Shown: positions 39,931 through 53,500 of the stretch, piece after piece
Layout: each line of letters begins with the position of its first letter
Numbering within the stretch: the stretch's first letter is position 1
Position numbers and translations under genes: made by a program
NCBI RefSeq assembly: GCF_009914755.1
Contig: NC_060927.1
Reading direction: 5' to 3' (one strand)
DNA length: 64,000 nucleotides
From: the human T2T-CHM13v2.0 reference genome, Homo sapiens
The notes under the pieces: generated by a model
What the model saw: the letters and a program-made list of their open reading frames with translations, nothing else
What the model was told of the DNA's origin: nothing
Database searches by the model: none

Positions 39931-42144
39931 CAATGATTGACAGTCTTTGAAAAATCCTTTAAAAGGCCAATCAAATTTCAAAATGATTAATCATGGCATG
40001 AGGCAAACCTGTAAGGTGAACTTAGCCTTTTAAATTAAATGATATGTTACTATCAATATAAGAATATCCATTATATGTGTCTAAATTTTGCCTATAGGCT
40101 AGAAAATAATACGTAGCAAAAGCTTTTAAGAAATACACATTTATACAAGTTCCATTTTCTTTTCTCATTATCTATTGATACTGTATCTCCTGCTCTACTA
40201 CAGGAGTTGTTTTGATGATACAAATTACAGGAAAACTCACTATCTCCCTGCAATCTTACATATCAAATTCCAGAATAAAAAGTCCCTTTAAGTGAGTTTT
40301 AAAGCTTCTTTCTCCCTTTTGTTAATTTTCTTAAAAAACAATAGGCCTTAACAAGAGAAAAGGACATTCTCTCCATTCCATAGTTATTTGAAAATATTGT
40401 GTTAGTGAAAAATCCAGATGGTGCTGTTTTTTAAGTCTAGATCAATAAATATCACCCAGTGTAAAAACCACACCACCTTATCTGTAATGCATGGACTCAA
40501 GGAGCTAGCAAAAGATTTGTAGAGAAAAAAACTCCACAAAGGATATTACTCTGGGTGAGATTTGGTATATATGAGTTGATAATTTTTTTGTCAACTGGCA
40601 AAAAAAAAAAAAGAAATAAGTAATTTGTAAGGATTAGACATAATGTCTGTAAAGAGACTAGAATCGTATCTGGCAAATCGCAAAACCAATACATTTAGCT
40701 ATTGATTTTTTTAAGTTGATTAAAAGAAAAGCACCTGAAAGATCCAAAAGAGTGAATCCAGAAATACCTTGCAAGGGTATTTACCTGGCAAGGAGGCTCA
40801 CAGCCATGTGTTTTGGGGAGCATATGAGGTTCTGCCTCAGTTTGAGCAATTAGGACCTTGTTTTAATGTTCTTTTTGCAACCTAGCATGCTTCTTCCACT
40901 TAACCTAAGCATACATCAGCAGGACGACTATTCAACAGACCTTCATCCTCAAAGCCAAGTGTAAATCCTGTGTCATATACCAGAGCTTTCTGTGGCTTTT
41001 GGTATGAGGTTGCCACTTGGTCTCATCTATAATTTTATAGCTGAAAAAAGAAGCTTAGTGATAGGTTTTTAAAAGTGCTTTAAAAATACAAAGTCTTTAA
41101 CACCTATTTGGACTGCATGGTTAGCAGCTTTATTGGGCAGGTGCCCCCATAAATTCAGGAATTTCCTCTGGGCAGGAGGAAGGAGACACCCAGAGTTCTA
41201 AGAGATAATAGAAGAAAGACAGTGAGAATGGCAAATGAATTAATATTTCATTTGTGAAACCAACGCCTTCAGAAAATTGTATTTCTACACTTAGTCCATT
41301 TTCTTAAAGCAAGAGAGAAGCTCTCTAAGACTTCTTGTGACTGATGCAATACTTGGTGTTGCAGTACTATATGATGCGTTCTTAGAAGGCAGCACTTTAA
41401 ATAACATTAGCTGACTGTCCATCATGTGGCAGACCATCTAGAGAAATTGCCTATTTATTGAACTCAACAGCCCTGCAGGGAGGTAGAGGAACATTCCTTT
41501 TTAAACTGTGGACAAACTGAGTTTGTATGAAAGTGACCACCTCTCTGAGTCACACAGCTTATGATAGCTGACTCCAAATTATGACCTTGCAGCTATATTG
41601 TACTGTTTCTATTAGAGCACAGAGACAAGTATTTTTCCTCCTTACATCTTGGTTGGAGCTTCCCAGCATGCTTTGCAGCACAGAGTGTAACAATAGTCCA
41701 CTCTCAAGGGAACAAAAGCTGGGATAACTGTGTTGTGTACCTTGGTATTATTTGCGTAGCCAAATAAAGCTATCTTGCTACAGATGTAACCTTCGATAAT
41801 TTATTGATGTAAAAGTGGCCTCAGGTACCAGGATTTTGGCAGCTGTTACACTGTCAGAGTACACTTAGAACATGGCATCCATGAATATTTTATGCAGAGA
41901 AGAAATGGAAAAATACACCTTTCAATATATCAGTTCCCAACCCTGATCTTCGTTACTGAAATATGAATCTAATCCCATCTCTGAATTTGATCAACCAAAA
42001 CTGTGCAAACTGAGAGCTTCCTAAATTGGATTTTAGTAGTGAATTGATTTGAGCCCTACTTTTTGTTTAGCACATCAGCTGCTTATGTCAGCCTGTACTG
42101 TAGTGGTGGGTTAGTGACCTCAGTGATATGTTGGAAGCTACAGA

Positions 42145-42222
42145 CTTAACTGTCAATAGGATTGGCTTGGCCCTTTATCCTTCAGCGGCAGATAAATAGA
42201 GCCCCATTCAGTAGGTTCATTG
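42145..42222 (+). promoter_or_regulatory. Candidate core promoter (reverse CCAAT box, TATA-like box, Inr-like site)
   Basis: CTGTCA (TALE-homeodomain site) at 42150-42155; ATTGG at 42161-42165; GATAAATAG at 42191-42199; TCATT at 42217-42221, with its A 28 nt from the start of the TATA-like box. Motif spacing only; no expression data. Confidence 0.3.
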
Positions 42223-42737
42223 TGTAGGGATTTGTTGGAGTTTTATTTATGCAGATTTGGAAGCAGTTGGAGATCATCAACATCCAATACACCCTCTGTC
42301 AAATATTTCTCTTCCATTGTTGGGTTATTAAAATATGGGTTGGGAGGTTGGGGGATTCTGTCCTTTTTAGAAGCAAATACTTTTTTAAAAATAATCAAAA
42401 GAGCATTTTTTTTATTTTGTATTTTTTGGTATCTAGGGTATCTCTGAGTAGTCGATTTTTGATCTCTACCCATCCTCAAAACTGAAAACCAGTCCTCCAT
42501 TTCTCCAGGGCTTACCTTTTCATCACTTGAAGACCAGTGGTTACGTGATTTGGACCCACTGAGGAACGTAGAATGATATCAGTTCAAAAGTATTGGATAC
42601 CTGTGGAGCACTTTGCAAGATATTGCAGGATTTTTGGGGCTTTCTATAGAACTACACAGAAGTATTGCTGAGTACTTTGCAATATGAATTCCTGCAATTT
42701 GCAGGAATTTGCCACGCTTTTCAGGTGATCATGCTTG
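42219..42737 (+). other. Candidate first or internal exon ending in a perfect 5' splice site
   Basis: atcATGCTTG|GTAAGT donor after 42737; alternative upstream acceptors ending at 42436 and 42508; repeat-free context. Confidence 0.45.
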
Positions 42738-44244
42738 GTAAGTGCTGCATTTTTATCTCAATTGATTTGATTTTGTGCTTTCATTATATCATTGCATTTA
42801 GGTTTTGCATACTTTGGGGTTTCTTTTTTTTTTTTTAACCTATCTTTAATCCCATCTCCTCTGATGAGCACCTGACTCAGCCTATCTATATCTTTAATTG
42901 ATGCTGTCTTCAACTCTATATGCTAAATTGCAGTTCTATGATCTACCTAAGAGATAGACAGTTTAATCAATGTACAAGTTACTCTACTTATTTTAAATAA
43001 GTGCCTTTCAGACTTAGTAAACACCATTAGGGGAAACATGGATGGTTTAAAATAAGGTAAGTGATTTATATTTCTTCAAATGAAGCCTTTAAACTCATTT
43101 AAGTAATGAAATACTTCTATGTCCCTTAAAAAATTTCTTTTTAGTGTAAAGTGTGCTTTTGTATTTAGAATCATGTAATTGAGCAAGATTCCTTCAACAC
43201 AGATTGAAAGATATATTCTCGTTGGCGGCTGTTAAATCTTCTGGTAATATTCTAGGGTTCTAAATTTAGGATGTCAGGACAGCACCTCTCTCATAATACT
43301 TACTATATCAAAAATATGTTTATTAAAAGAAAATAGTTTAATTAATATCACACATGACATTTGAGGATCAAAGCTCTATAGCTGTTATTTTTCTTAAACA
43401 TATAAGTAAATGAAGTGTCAAATAATTATTGAGTTTTATGGATAAGCCTAAAAGCTTTCACTAAACTTCCGGAGTTGCTTAACTTGTAACCATAAATAAA
43501 TGCAGATGCTGGGTACATCGCATTTCGTTTCTAAGTGGTAAGACCCCTGCTGACTCCCACTGCTCTATTCCATTCCAATGACAGTGTGATACCTTTTTGT
43601 TTTACTCTTTTTTGCCATATTCTTATAGCTAGCTGGGACTGAGTCACAATTAAAACCCAAGTCTTCTGATTCTTAGCCCAGAGCTCTTTCCATTATTGTG
43701 CCTCTCTTGAATGTCCTGCTTTAGCACTGATACATAACTGAATAAATCAAGCACAAATATCTGGTTTACTCAGTTTTAAGGGAGTAAAAGCATGCCCTCT
43801 TTTCTACCAATTGGTGAGTGTAGTTTTTAGTCCTGGAGTACTAGAGTACCTAGTTAATCAGGAACAATAAAGCTTCAAGGTATTAGAAAAGATCATTAAT
43901 TACCGGGGGCTCTTTTCCTGAAAATTGTGGATATAGGTATGGGAACCATATATATTAAATTTTTCTTGGCAGTCCCAATTTCAAATATTTTTTTTCTCTT
44001 TTTCTCACAAATTTACTAATATCAATCAGATAGCGTGTCTAAATTTCTTGGCTCAGAAATATTGATATTTAACTATAGAATTCCTTTAAAGGATAAGAGC
44101 CTGGTGAATTTAAACTATTGTTTGATTTAGAAAATAATCAATAATCAGAAATAACTATCTCCAGCAGCCCCCAACTCCCACCATTAGTCAAAATTTGAGT
44201 TAAGGCATGGAAAAATTATTCTTTAAATGTCAATATAACCATAA

Positions 44245-44435
44245 TAATAATTACCATTTATTGAATGCCTATAGAGGGCCAGACTAGCTGCTTTACATAC
44301 ATTACATTCTAATCCCCTAGCTGGTCATTCAAAATCTACATTATTATCCTTATTGTAAAGATAAGGATAAGCAACTTGCCCAAGGCCACACAGCTAGTAA
44401 GTCCTAGGGCTAAGGCTTGAATCCAGGTCTGTGTG
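44245..44435 (-). mobile_element. MIR
   Basis: ccattttattgaatgcctat...aacttgcccaaggccacacagctagtaagt...gaatccaggtctgt. Confidence 0.8.
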
Positions 44436-45404
44436 TTTCTGAAGGCTTTTTATTTCTCCCTGTAAGATAAAGTAATGAATGCCTGAAACTATACTGCTCA
44501 ATGACATTGAGTCCACATTACTTTGAAACTAATGAAGGTCCAGAAATAATGGCCCCAGGGAAAGTGCCACAAGAAAGATGTTTATGGTAGACTGTAAAGA
44601 TTTGACTTCATCTCCTTCATGGTTTTGCCTCAAATCCCATGCCTTTGCCTTCCCAGTCTCTATTTGTGCACTCTTTGGCCTGCCAAGACAGAACTGGCTC
44701 TTTTTGGTTACTCAATCTGTTCCCCTTCATTAAAATGTAGGCTTTTGATGTAGAACCAAAGTCTGAGAATTTCAGCAACATCTGGTGACAAAGACAGAAC
44801 AGCCAATCACCACCTGTCAGGCAGTTACAGACAGAAGAATGACCACAGCTGAGCCCACACTGACCATGTGCTAATGTGCCCTCCTCCAAGACTGCACCGC
44901 CCTAGGGTGACCGGAATTCCAGGCTTGTGCAGTGATTCAGTGTAGGGAATAGGGTTTCCTACCAACATTGAATCCAATTTTACAAGCATGACCAGGGCCT
45001 TCATGTGCCCTCATGTCACATCCCAGCAGAGGTGAGGTCATTTGGATGAAAGCATTTTGCAACTTATGCTACATGGTGGCTGGATGGTTACAGATGATCA
45101 CGGCCCCTGTATTGCAGTTCCCCAGACCTGCCTCTGGACTTTTGCACATACTTTCTCTTCTTCTTGGATGGTCCTTCTTCCCATTGTACTAGGTTAATGC
45201 CTGTATATCCTTCAAGGCTTAGCTTAGATGTTGCCTCCTATGACCCTCAAAATTGACTTTAATGGTTTTCCATGTGTCCCATTATTAACCTAGTGCCTGC
45301 TCCTCTTATGGTAGTTATCACTAATCCAAAAATGACATTTTTTCTTTCTTTCCCAGAAGACTAAAAGCACTGAAGGCAGGGACTTAGAGAAAATATTGCA
45401 TTTG

Positions 45405-45650
45405 TTTGAGAACATACTCTGAAATCAGACAAAACTAGTTTGAAATGCTGACTTCAGCATTTACATACTTACCTTACCTTGGGTAAGTTTAACCTTGGAT
45501 TAAAGAACCACCTTGAGCTTCAGTTTCCACATCATCAAGACTAGGATAATAATGAAAACTGTCTTGTTGAGTTATATTGAAGATTAACAGCAATAATGAA
45601 CATAAAGCACTTGAGATAGTACCTTGTAAATAATACACGTGCAATTAAGG
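45405..45650 (+). mobile_element. MIR (preceded by an L2 relic at ~45120-45385)
   Basis: actctgaaatcagac...ccttgggtaagtt...gagcttcagtttccacatc...ggataataatg...taaagcacttga. Confidence 0.72.
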
Positions 45651-46899
45651 ATATAGATATTCTTCATTGTTGTCCCACATTTCCTACTGTAGTGGAGGCT
45701 TAAAGAACATATTTAAAATACAAACTGTATTAGAGAGCTTGAAAAAGAGCAGTTCACCACATTTAATATATACTTCCACCACTGCATCTTAGAGCGATCT
45801 CAGGTAATGTGTGGTCTTTTTCTGTGCTACTGTGAATAGTTGATAATTGCTTGTTTAAGTGTTAAAACCCCAAATTCAACTTCAACAGTTCCCCACTTTT
45901 TAACTCCAAATTAGCAGAAAAGGGAAGAAAAAAACATATAGAAGCTGCAACTGAACATCAGATGCAGGATCTGACCAGGGCACAAAGGACGTATCAGTGA
46001 ACCCAACATACTCACACATGTCAACTAGGCTGCAAGTACCGAAGGACTTGCAATTATAATTTTTGTTCGCTATGTCAATGCTAGTATTTGTACAGGTTTG
46101 GCACAGTATACACTCAATAAATACTTGCTGAATGAAGTAGTAAACACATTTGAAAGATTGGAATGAGCCCAGTTTCTCTTAGGAATGATTTAGCCATATA
46201 ATTGATCACTTTCTTCTTACATTAGTAACAGCTGAAGTGATGCAGAGAGGACATTTTGCAGAGTCTGTATTCATCTCACTTAACTTCCAAGATTCTCTCT
46301 TGTTCTACTATTTTCAAGATTTAATGAACACGTTTACATTGACCATGTTACTTGTGATTTACAAATTTTATTTGTATGTTTCTGTTTTGGCCTTTTTAAG
46401 CTGAAATGAGCAAAACATTTAGGCCTCCCCAGGCAAAGCATACCTGTATTCATTTCAATTACATTAGTTCAGTCCTAAACTTACAGGGTGCTTCTGTGCC
46501 TCCAGTGTCAGGCACTGTGCAAGGTGCTGGGAACACTGAGATCATTTTTTTGGTCCAATCACACCTTCCTTGGGATTGGGTAGAGACCAAGCTTCCCTTC
46601 AGGTACAGAATATTTTAGAATTAGGTCTTGGCTTTGTTTTTGATTTTGTTTCTAATCACTTTCTTGGAGATACCAGGTTTGTCCTGGCGTCTTTGATGCA
46701 TCTCTCTTGCTTTCTTGCTCTGGTGCTTCTTGCCTCCTCCACTTCAATGCTCAAGATTGTCACTGTCATCTCCCAAATCCCTGCAAGGGGAGGCAGTATT
46801 ATCTCAAGAGTTTTATTCTGTTATCAACCAGAGTGGTTGTACGACCCCTGGTTTTTTCTTTACAAGAGGCCAGGGGCCCAGTCCTTGCTCTATTTCTGC

Positions 46900-47130
46900 A
46901 TGAGGCTTTGGGGAGCACTGGATTAGGAGTCAAAAGATTTGGGTTCAACTTCATTCTGCTGCATTCTTGGTACATAACTTTTGGCAAGCCATTTAAAATA
47001 ATGTGTTTCTTTACCTGAAAAATGAGGCCAAAATCTACTCCACGAGTTTTCTGTGAGGGCTAAAGAATACTGCATATGAAAACATCTTATAAACAGTAAA
47101 GTGTTCATATTTGTGTAAGTTATTATCTAT
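46900..47130 (+). mobile_element. MIR
   Basis: gagcactggattaggagtcaaaagatttgggttcaa...ggcaagccattta...tttctttacctgaaaaatgagg. Confidence 0.75.
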
Positions 47131-48492
47131 TATCATCTGCAATGACCTGTAAAGGATTCACGTGAATACATTGGACTATACAATCTTCTAAAAGCTCAAA
47201 GATTTGGGTGGCTAGAACTTAAACTTCTCAATTTCTCAGTGTGAACTCGACTTAATGATGGGTATTTGTTTAACGATAAAAAAAACCATCTATGCAAAAG
47301 CAATGGCACTTTCTAGAAGATAAGAAACCATTTTTTATGGGCTTAGAGTTGGCAATGAAAAAATATTAAAGAAACAAGGAAGATGCCCTAATCAGCAGTT
47401 TTCTTTAGCTGCCTCTATCTTAGGCTATAGCTGAACTAGAAAAGAGTAAAGAATGCTCTCTTTTGACAATTCATTCTGTAAATGGCAACGTATTTCAGTC
47501 AATATTTCAATCAACAAACATTTATCGGTTATTTGCTTTGTGGGTATTATGCTATTTATCTAGCTGTCATTTTTCCTGTTGTTAAATTAAGACTTCCGTA
47601 TTTATTAATTCAAAAGCATAAAATTCTTAGCCTTTAAAGCCAAAATACAGAGTTAAAATACAACTCTGGATATGGAAAACTGAATAAGAAATGATCCCTG
47701 TCTTTAAGGCACCTACTTACTTGAGGAGAGATAAGTAAACAACTCACTATCATACAAGACAGAATAAAACAAGAAGATACATAAAACTTCACAGCCACAC
47801 TCTGATGTCATATAGTAAGAAGTGACTGTTATTGGAGGTCTTGGAAGGTGGGAAAGGATGTAAGGAGACTGTTGAAGAACAGCATGTCTTGGGAGAGAAA
47901 GCAATTCTCATTTTAGTAGACTCTCCTTAGTTCGTGATTTTAATCTTATGATTTAGAAAGAACAAGATTATTTTATTCAGAACAGGATGAGGAGGAGAAT
48001 TGCTGGCTATGAGAGCCTGTTGGTTGGGGCAAAATATGTGCTTGGTGGAATGACTGGAGTCATGTTACAGGAGTGGTGAACAGTGCCGTGTGAAGGTACT
48101 TTGAGGCTAACTTAAGGAATAGTCCCACTGCACAGACAGACTTTATTTCATGAGTGATAGGAACACAAGGAGTTTTGGAGGAAGAATTGTGACATAATTC
48201 AAAGGAAGGCAATGCTGGTGGCAATTCGAAGACTGGTTCTAAGATGCAAGATAAAATGTCCATGGCATGAAATCATGAGAGGTCGTGTCTACCGTGGTTG
48301 AGGAAGATGATTAAAGATTGGCACAGTAAGAGAAAAGTGGTAGGCACGCTTTGTGGTCCTCAGATTGATGGGTCAGATTGATGATCATCACATCAGCATT
48401 TGATTCCTGTGCCTCAATTTTGGATCAGCTCAGACTATGTTATGCTTTAAAAAGAGGCTTAGGAAGTACAAATACGCTGAAAAATATAAACT

Positions 48493-48811
<319 letters not shown>

Positions 48812-48840
48812 ATATAAATAATCAATTCTATAGCCTCATC

Positions 48841-48943
48841 TTTATTTTTTTAACTTTTATTTTCAGTTCAGGGGTAGATGTACAGGTTTGTACATGGCTA
48901 AACTTGAGTTGTGAGGGTTAGTTGCATAGATTATTTCATCCTA
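48841..48943 (-). mobile_element. Short L1P 3' end (~100 bp)
   Basis: taacttttattttcagttcaggggtagatgtacaggtttg...gattatttcatc; flanked by TSD-like atag(c/t)ctcatcttt. Confidence 0.75.
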
Positions 48944-49494
48944 CATAGTCTCATCTTTAAATCAAATAATATTTAAATCTTTAAAATAATATTTAAATAA
49001 AACAATTGATAGTTGGTCTTCACTTGTAAAGGTCAGGAGTGTGTTTTCTTATTTACAAACTATATTTTCTAGACTTCAAAACCCAATTCAAATCCCACTT
49101 GCTCCAAGAAGCCTTCCCACTGCCAAAAAGCCAAAATAAACCTCTCTGTCCTCTGGACTTCCAGAGCAAAGCTCTGGGCTTTAACTGTAGCTGGGGCCAC
49201 ATCTACTCTGGGACAGAGAGAAGAAGACACAAATATCTACAATTAGTTCACTATTCCGGCAATGCCATGGATCAATGGATCATACTCAATAATATCACAT
49301 GCAAAATAACACTGTCATGAGGAAAATCAGGTGGTCCATCCAGCACCAAGGCGTGGCAGCCCCTGGTGGGGGCTTGGCAGGTATGGAATATGTATAAAAA
49401 GATACTGCAGCACCTTATTTTTTATGACAAGAGAAGATTGTAGATATTCTTGATAAACTGTATTTTAAAATGTTCTAATCCCACTCAGTGTGAC

Positions 49495-49725
49495 TTAGTA
49501 ATAATGGTCATTAGTAAAAGAGTGCACAGGAACAGAAGAAGGGAGCTCTAGGTCTGCCAGTTACTGACATAGTGATCTTGAGAGAGTAACCTGCACCTCC
49601 GTTTTCCCTTCTGTGAAATGGAAATGATGATGTCTATCTCTCAAAGTTGTGAAAGATCCAGTGGAATAACCCACGTAAAGCATTAAGGATGTGCCTAACA
49701 GTAAATTCCAAAACATTTAATAAGC
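49495..49725 (+). mobile_element. MIR
   Basis: tctgccagttactgacatagtgatcttg...ttttcccttctgtgaaatggaaatgatga...cgtaaagcatt. Confidence 0.72.
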
Positions 49726-50198
49726 ATGCATTATGGGAAAGTGCCCTAAAAATAGTATAAAAATATATATAAATCAAACTATTACCTTTATTAAACAAGA
49801 CAACTATTCTGTATAAATACTAGAAGTTATATTGGAGTAAGGTAGCTCAAGATAAAATAATTATAATCTGTATATGACTGTAATAATGTTTTTACTGGAT
49901 TATTTCTTTACAATATTGATAGTCTATTCTCTAAATCTTTATTTTTTCTATTAGATATGTCACAAATTTTAAGTACTTAAAAAGTGATACAATTCGTTAA
50001 GTGTTTTTCAAGGTATCCTTCAAATAGGAATTTTCTCTGAAAAATGTAGAATAGGTTTTTTATTTTTAAATGCAAATAAAAAGATATTCTCCTTACTGCT
50101 TCTTGACACCCTGCTCAGTTGCTAGGATATGGTGTCCCTGGATCACCACACTGGAGACATGCAGCCCCCATGTCACGAGCCCCTGCTGCCCTACTCAC

Positions 50199-50324
50199 CT
50201 GTCAGCATCCACGTGTTTCCCCTAGTCCCGTCAGGTGGGCCTTGCTCCTCTGGTAGTATCAACCTGTTGTAGCCTCCAGGCCAAATGAGCTAGGCTCACT
50301 TTCACATTCTGTCTATTGTTTCAT
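50199..50324 (-). ncRNA. Candidate non-coding exon of a minus-strand transcript (126 nt)
   Basis: On the minus strand: acceptor ccttccccatttacatttttcAG|ATGA and perfect donor CAG|GTGAGT; stop codons in all three frames. Confidence 0.5.
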
Positions 50325-52139
50325 CTGAAAAATGTAAATGGGGAAGGAGCGGGGGTACAGTGGGAATTTAGGGGAGGGCGAGGAGGGAGGATAAGCGGCA
50401 TCAGCAAAGTAATTGGCCTAAATTACACTCTGCTAAACAGCCATGAGGAAGGACTTAAGTGAAAACTGAGCTGGGGTCGCTGGAGCATTTCCTGGGCATG
50501 AGAGACGGGAGGAAGGGACTCACTAGCTCTGTAACTACTGGACGAAAGTATTTCCCAAATATCCACAGGGTTCTTTCCCTTAGAGGTTCTTTCTCTAACT
50601 CTAACGTGTATTGTTTTGAAGGGCGGTAGATCGAGATCTTTGTGTATAGAGAAGAAGAGGAATTAATTTGACAGACTTAAACCCTCTACCTGATACTAAT
50701 TAAAAAAAAATTGACACCTTTTACATATCTGGGTTATGAATGTTAACACAGAAAGAAATATTTTCAAATAATCTGAACTTGTACTAAATTCCATTAAACT
50801 TTTCCCCCTTATTGTATCTGAAAAAAAAAGTCTTCATTTAGAAAACATCTTCTTTTATTTTTGCTCTGAGTCCATGATACCTGCCACAGCCATGAATTTC
50901 CAGTTGCCAAGGGGAAATTGTGGTTGGTCTCCGCTCAAGCTAATTCTGGAATATGGGATTAAGTTTGATCACAAAATGAAACTACTTAATCCCAATAAAC
51001 TCCCCAATCTGAGAGGCATTAAGAAACATTGGGGATGCCAGGGGTTTTAAGACTGATAAACTTGGGTTACTTTGCCTTTAAAATGGGGATAATTGTAGTA
51101 TTAACCTTAAAAATTAGATAACGTAAAGCCCTGTGCTTGTGTCTGGTCTGGCCCATAGGATGCATTTAATAAATAATCCTAACTGTCTAAATGGTAAAGC
51201 TGACATGAATTCAGCTGAAATAAATACGTCGCCATTATTAGAAATTCAAACATAATGCAGATATTTTTTAAAATGTAAAAACTAATGCTGTAATCGAGTT
51301 AGGGGAGCTTTGAACACACAGGTCATGATTCCTTTACAACCTGTTTAACTTTTTTATTTGATTTGGTTGTGGTTTATTTGAGTTTGAATGATGAGAGGGA
51401 TATATTTGGTCAATTTTGACAACTTGAGAAGCATGGTCCTTTGTTTCAGCTCCCCAGTTTGGATTCCTGAAGAGATGATCCCAGTTAAAAACTTCTGAAA
51501 GCAACACAAAGCAGACTCTGAATCTGAAGAAACCTTGCAGTCCCTTTAACCTGCACAAAAATATTTCAAGGGTAACTAGAAAGTGCATAAGAGGATTCAG
51601 ACGTTCTGTGACATACATTTTAAATTCTTCCATTTCCAGATGAGAGCACCATAATATGCAGAAGCAAAGTGCATCAAAAAGATGAGGGCCCTTTGAGGCA
51701 GGCGTTTGCAGAACTAAGTATTATTCAAAAAATAATCCTCAAAGAAGTAAGTGAGGAGCACAGAGGCTGAGGCTCTATATTTGCAAATGAGACTACGAAT
51801 AGGAACTTGACCTGTTCAGGTAATTTTACCAAGTTCTAAACTGCGAGTGGACTTCCCAGTAACCCAAGCCTCTTACTAAATGTCTGTGAAAGCATGCTCA
51901 CCTCCACACAGCACAAACACAGGGAGTCATGAACCTGCTTTCTGTCTGCCTGGGTTGTGAATAGAGAATTAGGAGCTTACTGCAGGCACCGCTGTTAATG
52001 GAGCATTCTGCAGAAAGACCTTGAGAGGTGGTCTCAGTTCACTCAGAAAGTAAAATGCCAGCAAGCTTGCAGCTGAATCAGTAGTAGCAGCTCTGCCAAG
52101 CTACAAATTGAAGAAAGACAATAACAACTGTCTTTCAAG

Positions 52140-52340
52140 GAGAGCCTGCTATGTACCAAGCACACTTGAACTTACATATTATTTTTATTTTTACAGCTCT
52201 GTGAGGAAATATATATTATTATTTCCCATTTATAGATGAGGAAACTGAGACTCAGTGACTGAGTAACTTGCCCACCATCGTAGCTAGTCTATGGTGAAAC
52301 TATAATATGAACTCAAGTTTACCCAGCTACAAAGCCTCTC
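52140..52340 (-). mobile_element. MIR
   Basis: cccatttatagatgaggaaactgagactcag...gtaacttgccca. Confidence 0.85.
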
Positions 52341-52596
52341 ACTGTATAGGCATAAGAATATGATAACAAAATAAAATGTATAATCATACATTTTTCCTCT
52401 GACATCCAAGACTCTTCTTTGCGTTGCAAGGCTCAACTAACCTAAGGGCTGCCCCTAACTTTAAACAGATCCTTAAATGGACTTTGTCATTTCTTTTTTC
52501 CTAGTTTTTCTGACACCCCCACTCACTCTCTTCAGCATATTCTTGAAATGCATTATAATCTGTCATCTCTTTACCTTCCTCCTTAAGTGCTATTTT

Positions 52597-53004
52597 TTAA
52601 TTTTTAATTTTAATTTTTTATTTCCATAGGTTTGTGGGGAACAGGTGGTGTTTGGTGACATGAGTAAGTTCTTTAGTGGTGATTTCTGAGATTTTGGTGC
52701 ACCCATCACCTGAGCAGTGTACACTGTACCCGAGTTGTAGCCTTTTATCCCTCACCCCTTCCCGCCCTTTTCCCCCAAATCCCCAAAGCCCATTGTATCA
52801 TTCTCATGCCTTTGCATCCTCACAGCTTAGCTCTCACTTATAAGTGAGAACATATGATATTTGGTTTTCCATTCCTGAGTTATTTCATTACTTCACTTAG
52901 AATAATGGTCTCCAATTCCATGCAGTTTGCTGCAAATGCCATTATTTTATTCCTTCTTATGGCTGAGTTACATATATATACACACACACATATATACCAC
53001 AATT
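52597..53004 (-). mobile_element. L1PB 3' end fragment
   Basis: tttccataggtttgtggggaacaggtggtgtttgg...gcacccatcacctgagcagtgtac...aagtgagaacat; exact 14-bp TSD ttaagtgctatttt at 52583-52596 and 53005-53018. Confidence 0.92.
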
Positions 53005-53079
53005 TTAAGTGCTATTTTAAAATATTTAATATTTTTTGTCTCTTAAAACTATTTTCCTTTGAATCCAGAACTAAGGTTA

Positions 53080-53500
53080 TATTAGTTTATAAACTAAACT
53101 GTTGTAACAAATTATCTGTGATAAATAATGCCATATGTAAGATAGAAGTTTTTCTGTCTCTCCTAAGAGGACAGTGGTTCACGCCTGGTGGGCAGCTCTG
53201 GCACCCTTAATACTTGTTGCCAAGGTTGTTCAGCAGTAGCCATTTCCCATGCAGCAGGAAGAATGAAAGGGAAAATGCATGGCAAGTGGATTCGTCATTG
53301 AAGAGATGATCCAGAAGGGGCACACATCACTTCAGCTCTCATCCTATTGGCTCAAATGCAGGCTCATGGGCATACCTACTTACAAGGGAGTCTGGGAAAT
53401 GCAGACTTTAGCTGGGCCGTTAAATGCTTATCTAAAACCCAGGGTCTTCAATTACTAAACAGAAAAGCAGGATGGTGAACACTGGGACCAGCAATCAAGT
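53080..53500 (-). mobile_element. Old MaLR LTR (MLT1J/K-like)
   Basis: cacacatcacttcagctctcatcctattggc...catggggcatacctacttacaagggagtctgggaaatgcag..tttagctggg. Confidence 0.65.

Noticed and set aside
42620-42685. Assignment of the hairpin to a known miRNA family because of UAUUGC words
   Set aside because: Neither arm matches a mature miRNA I recognise (miR-92/25 and miR-137 differ beyond the hexamer); left unnamed.
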